A stretch of DNA of 64,000 nucleotides from an uncultured Eubacteriales bacterium (GTDB lineage: Bacteria; Bacillota; Clostridia; Oscillospirales; CAG-382): the NCBI GenBank assembly GCA_934444485.1, contig CAKSCN010000001.1, forward strand, positions 12,355 to 76,354, read 5' to 3'. The position numbers and the translations under genes were made by a program. This document shows positions 55,101 to 62,728 of this stretch, in pieces; within the stretch, counting starts at the first letter, position 1; each line of letters begins with the position of its first letter. The notes under the pieces were generated by a model, which had not been told where the DNA came from, made no database searches, and saw only the letters and a program-made list of their open reading frames with translations.

Positions 55101-55766
55101 CTCGCTTCCGTAAAGGTTCTTTTCACGAGTTATTCGAGGAATATAAAACTCTCTTTTTGATTTTTCCGCTTTGTCGGTGGTAAAGGTGGGAGATGTAAAG
55201 ATAAACCGCAAGTCCTCAATACCCGAAAGGCTCTTTTTCAATTCTTCATAGGCATAGATAGAGAAGCAGGCTGCGGCAATTCTCAGCTTGCTTTTCTTTG
55301 TTACGGTTTCTTCCAAATCATCACGCAGCCGAAGGTGAATGTTATCAATCATTTTCGGCATCCCAAACACGTTTTGCGTGTTCTGCATTTGCGGCATAGT
55401 TATCTGAGCAGCCGCCTCAGAAGCAAGAGGTTGTGCGTCCTCATTTGCCGCCTGCTCACCCGGATAATGGATGAGAGAATCGTCAACATCAAAAAAATTC
55501 AGTTTCCCTTTTACGGGAAATGCTTTGATTTTACGCACATTCGTCAGATGCCACTCATAAGCATCCTCGTTTTGGTTGTAGACAGTACTATCAAGATTGG
55601 CAACGCAAAGAGCATAACCGGAAAGCATTCCCGGCACTTTCGGGTTTGCACTGCTGCAAATCAAAAGTTCGCCTCTGTGCTTGGTATCCCACGACCGATA
55701 TTCAATGTTTTTCGACCCTCGCAATATTTGTGTTGCGTAAGGGTTTTTAATTGATATTGCTTTCAT
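52110..55766 (-). CDS. ASCH-domain / SNF2-family helicase fusion protein
   Basis: Start at ATG 55766 (GGAGAGG ribosome-binding site). N-terminal ASCH-like [39 protein letters not shown]. SNF2 motifs [24 protein letters not shown], and [41 protein letters not shown]. Confidence 0.8.
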   Translation of the reverse strand: [1218 protein letters not shown]

Positions 55767-56061
55767 TCTTCTACCTCTCCTCAAAAAGTTGATACTTTCG
55801 CCACTTCACATTATACCGTACCGAGTGTCCGATATAAAGTACTCCGAGTGCAGCAGCTTTTCTTTTGTATAAAAATTCCATTCAATGTACTGCAATACTG
55901 CATTTTGTACCTGTGCTAACCGTTTTCCGATACCGCATTTAGTTCATCACAGTACTAAAACCAAGAAGATTATACCATAATTCTGAAATAATATCAAGTG
56001 TATGTTATAACATTTTAAAGATTGTTGTTCTCACAGGATGCGAAATTTGCGGACAGTACAT

Positions 56062-56100
56062 AAAGCAAAAGCACACCACGTTTATTGCAGACTGGTGTGC
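56062..56100 (-). terminator. rho-independent terminator after the HD-domain gene
   Basis: On the minus strand, the stem GCACACC...GGTGTGC is followed by TTTTGCTTT. Confidence 0.5.
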
Positions 56101-56194
56101 GTACACGGACAAGTTTTCGTCCGGTGAAAACAAAACACGTTTATAAAAAATCTTTTGTATCTTAACCGTGTATGCGGTTTTCCTATCGAAATGT

Positions 56195-57307
56195 TTAAGT
56201 ATTAGACGGCGGCTGTTGGCGAGTAAACAAAAATATACCGTTATTTTCATCAATTACATCAACGTCGAGCCAACTCGGCAAGCCTTTTATGCAATTTATG
56301 TAGTTATCGCAGTTATGCTTTGTTTTATACCGTATATCTTCAAAGTCCGTTCGGCTTATATAAGAGCATGCATCACCGTTTTTCAAATTTTGAATTGAAA
56401 TTCTGAAACCGCTATCGTCAGATTCTTCGTATTTAATCAACTCCAAACTGCCTATACCGAATTTTTTTACCGGCTCTATTGTGTCGGCAAGCGCCAATAC
56501 GAAGGCAATGCAATTATCTACCCCGATCTTCTTCTCATTATAACTCGTCTTGCCCTCTTCAGACAAATATGAATTCAATGTGTCTATCCAAACATTGTGG
56601 GAAATTATCGCATCCGCCGCTTTTGCATAATAACGGTAGTGCCTGTTTGAAAAACGCAGACCGTTATAATAAAACGATTCTCTTGAAATATCACTACCTA
56701 ATCCATATGCCTTTTCCCATGCGGTTTCAAAGTTTTTTCTAAGCCTATCATAAAGAAGTAATCCCCCGGCGATTCCGTGATCTATTACCCCTCTATTCGC
56801 CCCGGAACACCCAGCGCGATGAGAAAGATATATATTGATATGTGTCCTTGAATAGGTTCTAAATTCATTTTCTCTTAAGTACTTTATATTGAGAATTTTT
56901 TGAATTGCCTCCAAACCGTCATCTCGAAGCATTTTCAGATAGTTATCGTTTTCATTTTCCTCAAAAACATAACCTATATCGTGATACAGAGAAGCTAAAA
57001 ACCACAGGTATTTAAAATTGCCCATGTTTTTAAAATCAATGTGAAAACTTTCGGCGATTAAGATACCCAATAAATAGGTTGACACAATATGCGACGCACG
57101 ATCTTTTATTATATTGATGTCGCCATATATATCCAAATCGTCGAATAAATTCTCTTTTTCTCCGCACTTAAAATACTTTTTTATAAATTCATACGCTTTT
57201 TCGTTATCTGTCAACGCATTGTAATTCAACGTTGACGGACAATCATAATATGACCACCTGTCCCTATTTGAAATTAAGGCTTTATACTCGTCTTTCAGTG
57301 TTTGCAT
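56195..57307 (-). CDS. HD-domain (metal-dependent phosphohydrolase-like) protein with an uncharacterised C-terminal domain
   Basis: 370 aa. Residues are spaced as in the HD superfamily: RASHIVSTY, ASLYHDIGYVFE, VIDHGIAGG, LALADTIEP. It has its own ribosome-binding site and terminator. Confidence 0.6.
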   Translation of the reverse strand: MQTLKDEYKALISNRDRWSYYDCPSTLNYNALTDNEKAYEFIKKYFKCGEKENLFDDLDIYGDINIIKDRASHIVSTYLLGILIAESFHIDFKNMGNFKYLWFLASLYHDIGYVFEENENDNYLKMLRDDGLEAIQKILNIKYLRENEFRTYSRTHINIYLSHRAGCSGANRGVIDHGIAGGLLLYDRLRKNFETAWEKAYGLGSDISRESFYYNGLRFSNRHYRYYAKAADAIISHNVWIDTLNSYLSEEGKTSYNEKKIGVDNCIAFVLALADTIEPVKKFGIGSLELIKYEESDDSGFRISIQNLKNGDACSYISRTDFEDIRYKTKHNCDNYINCIKGLPSWLDVDVIDENNGIFLFTRQQPPSNT

Positions 57308-57420
57308 TTCTCATATATCCTTCCGTCTAAAGTAAATTATTCAGCAATCTGAATTTCGGTCAGCGTTCTCGGAATTCAAGGCATTACGGCATATAGCAGG
57401 AGATTTTGTTCTGCGAACGC

Positions 57421-57762
57421 TTATAAAACCGTTGCGGATTTGAGCAATTTCTGAGCATCCTCCATTATCGTGTGTTTGACGCAATTATCCGATGTTATTG
57501 TTATTTCTATATTCGATTTTTGTGCGTATTCATTTCCGTATATGTCACAGTATTCTATACAAAAATCGTATTGTTTGTACGGCAAGTTTTTTATGTCAAA
57601 AAAGCATCCGATATAGAGTTTATTTCCAACCGGGATTGAAACCGGGACTGTTTTTGCACACAAATCGCCGTCGTGGATTTTTAAGGAAATCGTACACCGA
57701 AGCGCACAGCCGTTTCCCGCATTTGTTATTTCAAGCGGAATAAAGTAGGCGTCCGGTATCAT
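57421..57762 (-). CDS. hypothetical 113-aa protein, downstream partner of the DUF4238-like gene
   Basis: ORF track. It lies 14 nt after the upstream stop. It is Cys-rich, looks predicted beta-rich, and has a weak ribosome-binding site. Confidence 0.45.
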   Translation of the reverse strand: MIPDAYFIPLEITNAGNGCALRCTISLKIHDGDLCAKTVPVSIPVGNKLYIGCFFDIKNLPYKQYDFCIEYCDIYGNEYAQKSNIEITITSDNCVKHTIMEDAQKLLKSATVL

Positions 57763-57776
57763 TTTTTGCCGTTTAC

Positions 57777-58610
57777 TTATACGGCACTTTCATTTTCCGG
57801 AAGCAAGCCATCTCGGTGCATTTCCGCAACTATTTCCGCCAATTGCTCTTTTGATGTTGCTGTCACATACCGTCTGTTGGCAGCTTCGCTAATGAACAAC
57901 CGGCAATTCAGATTTTTTACCGTTTCTTCGGTTTCAAATTTCGCACAGTATAATCCGTCCTCTCTAAGGAAACGCTCTTTTTCTTCAAGCGCAATAATCA
58001 CAGCCAACTTCGGCGTTACAGGCGCAATTATAGTATTCTTACACAGGCAAAAGCCGATATTCGGCAAAACAAACGGTATATTCGTTGTGTTGATACCCAA
58101 TGACACACATGGATTATCACCCACTATTTTATTTTTCACTGATGTGATTCCGAAAATAGCACACATATCGTGAAGAAAGGTCTTTGCAGCAGAAGAGGTA
58201 TTTGCAGCAGGAGTGGTTTCTTGAATAAAAATTGAAGAATATAAATCCTCACCGACGTCTTTTTGGCACTCGGTTCCCCTTGCTAAAAGAGCGTTGAAAT
58301 AGCGAATTACCGTTTCTTTGTCATGACAATCAAGCGTAACCGTATTTCCGTCAAGGATTCCTTTTGCTTTGTTTAAAAATTTTGAAAACGGTCTCTCGAC
58401 ATTTTCATTGAGAAATCTTTCCGTGTTTTCCGAAAAGAAGTCTTTTTCTGTGTTCAGGTGCTTTGATTGTCCCGGTTTAATCCTTTCGACGTTTGCAAAG
58501 CCGCACTTCGGCTTATCGGTAAAGTCGTAGAAATCCAACAGACCTTTTTCATTTTCAAACTGTTTTAGTATAAATCTCGGAATTTGAATGTGAGAGTTTA
58601 TTGATGTCAT
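57777..58610 (-). CDS. DUF4238-like protein
   Basis: 277 aa. GGAGGT ribosome-binding site. The N-terminal HIQIPRFILKQF resembles the DUF4238 HxVPxFYLKxF signature, and the later VGDNPCV resembles the family DNP motif. Confidence 0.5.
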   Translation of the reverse strand: MTSINSHIQIPRFILKQFENEKGLLDFYDFTDKPKCGFANVERIKPGQSKHLNTEKDFFSENTERFLNENVERPFSKFLNKAKGILDGNTVTLDCHDKETVIRYFNALLARGTECQKDVGEDLYSSIFIQETTPAANTSSAAKTFLHDMCAIFGITSVKNKIVGDNPCVSLGINTTNIPFVLPNIGFCLCKNTIIAPVTPKLAVIIALEEKERFLREDGLYCAKFETEETVKNLNCRLFISEAANRRYVTATSKEQLAEIVAEMHRDGLLPENESAV

Positions 58611-58854
58611 TTTTACCTCCGATATTTTAGATATTTTTCAAGCAAAACACGCCTTTAAGATGAGACTTAATAAATCAAAAAATGCGTCTGACACACGAAA
58701 ACCGCTACCAAACGAGAGGGTGTGTTTTTACTATGTGCGTCGTGATACTGTTTTCCCGAATCTCCACAGCACAGATGCACCGCAGAGAAATTAAAGTTAG
58801 TCATGGTATCGCTTTATTTTAGTGTTGTTTAACGCTCTCGATTTTAACTCACCG

Positions 58855-59247
58855 TCACAGCTTGGTATCGAGTGAAAGATATGAGCGTATCGACCTCGCT
58901 GCTTCTTTGTTTGTCTTTATAACATCGTTATCGCCGTCACTCGCCTGCATATTGTTTGATAATAGCAAAAGTGAGCGACATACTTCTGTTAAAACTTTTT
59001 TGGACGGAATCAGAAACCTTGCCAAAAATTTACGTTCTTGCGCAAATGCCTGGATTTTGCTTGCCATTTTTCGCAGCTCTTTCGAGGCTTCGTTATGCCA
59101 ATCAGCGTTTTCGACGTTATCATAAGGATTACTGTATGCACTCTCATATTGAAAGAGACAATAAGATATATCGGAACGCAGGTCATTATATTTTTTCAAA
59201 GGATCAGTGCACAAAATTCCGACAAACCAACCCACAAACTCACCCAT
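58855..59247 (-). CDS. hypothetical 130-aa protein
   Basis: ORF track. AGAGGT ribosome-binding site. It looks predicted helical, with no recognised motif. Confidence 0.45.
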   Translation of the reverse strand: MGEFVGWFVGILCTDPLKKYNDLRSDISYCLFQYESAYSNPYDNVENADWHNEASKELRKMASKIQAFAQERKFLARFLIPSKKVLTEVCRSLLLLSNNMQASDGDNDVIKTNKEAARSIRSYLSLDTKL

Positions 59248-59692
59248 AATAAATACCTCTATTCTGTAAATCGTTTTTCTAAAAGCATTCTCATGTCAAT
59301 CATCTAATCTTCGGCAGATAAATCATTGTACTTTCGGCTTGCTGAACAGTTTTCAGCTTCATCACGCCGCACGAACGTAAAAGCCCTCAAAGCGGCAAGC
59401 ACAAAAGTAAATGTGCAAAATTGCAACAAATCTTGCGTTTATTTGTCGACAGATTGACACATGGTTTTAATAATATATAAATATTATAATCTTTCATCTG
59501 CGTTTTGTCAAGCATTATTTGTTAAATGTCCCATAAATCGGACATATCTGCTTCGTGTAAGCGTGAGGTCGGCTCGGCGCAGTTTATCGATTGAAATTTA
59601 CGTCGCCGCCCCACAAAACTTTTTGAATAAAACTCCGATCTTTACAGAAAATAATGTTGTAAAAGAAAAGAAAAAGGAGTTTTATATAAATT

Positions 59693-60238
59693 ATGAAAGC
59701 AACAGGAATAGTGAGAAGAATAGACGACCTCGGACGTGTGGTCATACCGAAAGAAATCAGAAGAACAATGAGAATAAGGGAGGGCGACCCTCTGGAAATA
59801 TTCACGGATCGCGACGGCGAGGTAATTTTCAAGAAGTATTCGCCCATAGGCGAGCTTTTGGGCTTTGCGTCGCAGTACGCCGACACCCTCTGCAAGACCT
59901 GCTCATACCCCATTGTGATAACCGACCGTGACTCCGTCGTCGCCTACGCCGGTCTTCCCAAAAAGGAGGTCGCTGACAGAAAGGTTTCCCCCGACATCGA
60001 GGAAATTATGGAGTCTCGAAAGCTCTTCACAAGGCGTGAGGGCGAACACGCAAAATACCCCGTTGACAGCCTCGAAAAATACGAAATATCGTGCGCCATG
60101 CCGATTATCTCCGAGGGCGATATCATAGGCGCAGTCATGTCGATACTCCCCGAGGGCGGCACCGGCGTCCCCGACGACACCGAAATCAAGCTCATTCAGA
60201 CTGCCGCCGTGTTCCTTGGAAAACAGCTCGAGGCATAA
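59693..60238 (+). CDS. spoVT: stage V sporulation protein T (AbrB-family regulator with GAF-like domain)
   Basis: 181 aa. N-terminus MKATGIVRRIDDLGRVVIPKEIRRTMRIREGDPLEIF (SpoVT/AbrB swapped-hairpin domain). The length and C-terminal domain match SpoVT. Confidence 0.9.
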   Translation: MKATGIVRRIDDLGRVVIPKEIRRTMRIREGDPLEIFTDRDGEVIFKKYSPIGELLGFASQYADTLCKTCSYPIVITDRDSVVAYAGLPKKEVADRKVSPDIEEIMESRKLFTRREGEHAKYPVDSLEKYEISCAMPIISEGDIIGAVMSILPEGGTGVPDDTEIKLIQTAAVFLGKQLEA

Positions 60239-60262
60239 AAGGTGAAAAGCTGCGCTTTCAAC

Positions 60263-60294
60263 AATTGACGATTGACAATTGACGATTGACGATT
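60263..60294. repeat. 7-bp tandem array aattgac/gattgac x4.5
   Basis: aattgac gattgac aattgac gattgac gatt, located 25 nt after the spoVT stop, at the distal end of the clpX 3-prime element. Confidence 0.8.
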
Positions 60295-60339
60295 AGAGTT
60301 GAAAATCAAGGTCGCACGACGACGGAAGACGGATTTTTG

Positions 60340-60696
60340 CCGAATTTTGCTGTCGAGCCGTGCGAGGCGTAAAATCGGTGAACGGTATACGCTCCAAATT
60401 ACAGTCCCTCAAAATTTACGCTCACAAAAATCTAAGTCGGTCACTTACGTATATGGTGACCGACTTTCGCACTTTATTCGATTAGATGTGTCCTTGCCCA
60501 TTTCACGACGGAGTCCTCGACGACGTCGTGCGGCACCTGTGCAGACACACTTCGTAGTCTGCACGAAAGTAAATGCTTCGCAAGCTCGCATTTCTTTCCA
60601 TGTTCTACGTGAGCCTATACTTAATCCCCCTGCAAAACGGAGTTTTGCTCCTTAAAGCCTTTTGTCCCCGTAAGCTCTCGTTTGTCCCTGCGGCGA
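60340..60696 (-). repeat. intergenic element immediately 3-prime of clpX, homologous to 4217..4513
   Basis: Same block order as the pheT 3-prime element: aaattacagtccc, a terminator hairpin with an acgtatatgg loop, and catttcacgacggag...gtcgtg. The motif ccccgtaagctctcg sits beside the stop codon. Confidence 0.65.
60424..60466 (-). terminator. rho-independent terminator downstream of clpX
   Basis: On the minus strand, the stem AAGTCGGTCAC...GTGACCGACTT is followed by TAGATTTTTGTG. Confidence 0.55.
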
Positions 60697-61950
60697 TCAG
60701 CCTTCGACGGGTTTGGTGATGATTTTCGCTTCGCCTGTTTTTTCGACGAGCTCCTTTGTGATAATAACCTTGGCAACGTCGCCTCTCGAGGGGAGGTCGT
60801 ACATCAGCGGAAGCATTATTTCCTCGGTTATCGACCGCAAGCCTCTCGCACCCGTCTTTCTCTCCTCCGAAAGCTTCGCAATAGTCCTCAACGCTTCGTC
60901 CTCAAACTCAAGGTCGATACCGTCTATCGCAAAAAGCTTCTTGTACTGGTTCACAAGCGAATTCTTCGGCTCGGTCAGTATCTTCACCATCGCATCAACG
61001 TCAAGAGGGTCAAGGGACACAACAACCGGTATACGTCCCACAAGCTCAGGGATAAGTCCGTACTTAACAAGGTCGTGAGCCGTAAGCTCCTTGAGAAGTG
61101 CTCCGTTCGACTTCTCCTTTTCACCCACAAGCTTCGTGCCGAAACCGAGTGCCTGCTTGCCCGTGCGGTTCTTTATTATGTCCTCGATACCGTCGAACGC
61201 ACCGCCGCAGATAAAGAGAATGTTCGAGGTGTCAATCTGTATAAACTCCTGGTTCGGGTGCTTGCGTCCGCCCTGCGGAGGAACATTCGACACCGTACCC
61301 TCGAGTATCTTCAAAAGCGCCTGCTGTACGCCCTCGCCGGAAACGTCTCTCGTTATCGAGCGGTTCTCGCTTCGGCGGGAAATCTTGTCAATCTCGTCGA
61401 TGTAGATTATTCCCCTCTCGGCAAGGTTTACGTCGTAGTCCGCCGCCTGAATGAGGCGCAGAAGAATGTTCTCGACGTCCTCGCCCACATAGCCTGCCTC
61501 GGTGAGAGTCGTGGCGTCCGCTATCGCAAAAGGCACCTTCAGTATCTTCGCAAGCGTCTGCGCAAGGAGCGTTTTGCCCACACCCGTCGGGCCGAGAAGA
61601 AGCACGTTGCTCTTCTGAAGCTCAACGTCGTCAGCCTTCTTCTTGTCCTCGGAGAGTATTCTCTTGTAGTGATTGTACACCGCAACCGCAAGCGCCTTCT
61701 TCGCGGCGTCCTGACCGATAACGTACCTGTCAAGGTGTTCCTTTATCTCGTGCGGACGGGGAAGCGACTCAAACGAAAGTCCCTCTGCCGAGGCTTCGGG
61801 GTTCTCGGCGTCGTATTCGTTGATAATGCCCTCGCAGAGCATAACGCAGTTTGCGCATATGTTGACGCCTGCCGGTCCTTGGATTATCTTCTTCACTTCA
61901 CGTTCGCTCTTTCCGCAGAACGAGCAGATTATATCGGGTTTCTTTGCCAT
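60697..61950 (-). CDS. clpX: ATP-dependent Clp protease ATP-binding subunit ClpX
   Basis: Start at ATG 61950 ([19 protein letters not shown], a C4 zinc finger). Walker A GPTGVGKT, Walker [11 protein letters not shown], and IGF-type loop region. Confidence 0.95.
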   Translation of the reverse strand: MAKKPDIICSFCGKSEREVKKIIQGPAGVNICANCVMLCEGIINEYDAENPEASAEGLSFESLPRPHEIKEHLDRYVIGQDAAKKALAVAVYNHYKRILSEDKKKADDVELQKSNVLLLGPTGVGKTLLAQTLAKILKVPFAIADATTLTEAGYVGEDVENILLRLIQAADYDVNLAERGIIYIDEIDKISRRSENRSITRDVSGEGVQQALLKILEGTVSNVPPQGGRKHPNQEFIQIDTSNILFICGGAFDGIEDIIKNRTGKQALGFGTKLVGEKEKSNGALLKELTAHDLVKYGLIPELVGRIPVVVSLDPLDVDAMVKILTEPKNSLVNQYKKLFAIDGIDLEFEDEALRTIAKLSEERKTGARGLRSITEEIMLPLMYDLPSRGDVAKVIITKELVEKTGEAKIITKPVEG

Positions 61951-62087
61951 ACTGTAAAACCGATCCTTTCCATCGCATCCATCGCACCGCAAAGGGGCGG
62001 CGCACTTAGGATTAAAACTCCGCCGACAGCACTGTGTGTTCCGCCGGCGGTTAAATTTACCTGTTTGTAAAACGACCCTTTCGGAAA

Positions 62088-62675
62088 TCAGTTTTCACGC
62101 TTTCCGATGACCTTGTCGACAAGACCGTAGCTGCAAGCTTCTTCGGCAGTGAGGAAGTTGTCTCTCTCGGTATCGTTCTCGATAGTCTCAAGGGGCTTGC
62201 CCGTCTGCTCGGAGAGGATTTTGTTCATTCTCTCACGGATGCGGAGTATGTGGTCGGCGTGAATCTTGATGTCGGTTGCCTGACCTCTTGTTCCGCCGAG
62301 AGGCTGGTGAATCATTATCTCGCTGTTGGGGAGAGCAAATCTCTTGCCCTTTGCGCCCGACGAGAGAAGAAACGCTCCCATCGAAGCCGCCATACCGACG
62401 CAAATGGTCGATACGTCGCACTTTATATAATTCATGGTGTCGTAAATCGCCATGCCTGCGGAAATAGAGCCGCCGGGACTGTTTATATAAAGGTTTATGT
62501 CTTTATCGGGATCTTTCGCTTCAAGGTAAAGAAGCTGCGCCACAACGAGGGACGCCGTTGCGTCGTTTACCTCATCGGCAAGAAACACGATTCTGTCATT
62601 GAGGAGTCTGGAATATATGTCGTAGGAACGTTCTCCTCTTCCGTCCTGTTCAACGACCATAGGTACAAGCGGCAT
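62088..62675 (-). CDS. clpP: ATP-dependent Clp protease proteolytic subunit ClpP
   Basis: Start at ATG 62675 (AAAGGAGG ribosome-binding site). [25 protein letters not shown], catalytic Ser context [11 protein letters not shown], and HQPLGG. Confidence 0.95.
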   Translation of the reverse strand: MPLVPMVVEQDGRGERSYDIYSRLLNDRIVFLADEVNDATASLVVAQLLYLEAKDPDKDINLYINSPGGSISAGMAIYDTMNYIKCDVSTICVGMAASMGAFLLSSGAKGKRFALPNSEIMIHQPLGGTRGQATDIKIHADHILRIRERMNKILSEQTGKPLETIENDTERDNFLTAEEACSYGLVDKVIGKREN

Positions 62676-62728
62676 AATGCTGCCTCCTTTCGGATACAAG
62701 TCACAGACCGCGCACGGAAACCGGATTA

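Noticed and set aside
44988-55766. Assignment of the helicase/methylase operon to BREX or DISARM
   Set aside because: No PglZ phosphatase, BrxC ATPase or BrxL is present (the BREX hallmarks), and no DUF1998 or DrmC PLD nuclease (the DISARM hallmarks). The Mod (DPPY before FxGxG) and Res motifs fit a Type III core instead.
44710-59460. Search for an integrase, transposase, tRNA target or direct repeats delimiting the defence island
   Set aside because: None was recognised in any frame of the ORF track or by eye at the borders, so I do not call a mobile_element feature.
60682-62070. 462-aa plus-strand ORF
   Set aside because: It is entirely antisense to clpX, whose product has unmistakable ClpX motifs. 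The plus-strand product is an R/L-rich low-complexity sequence with no ribosome-binding site, so it is a shadow ORF of a GC-rich gene.
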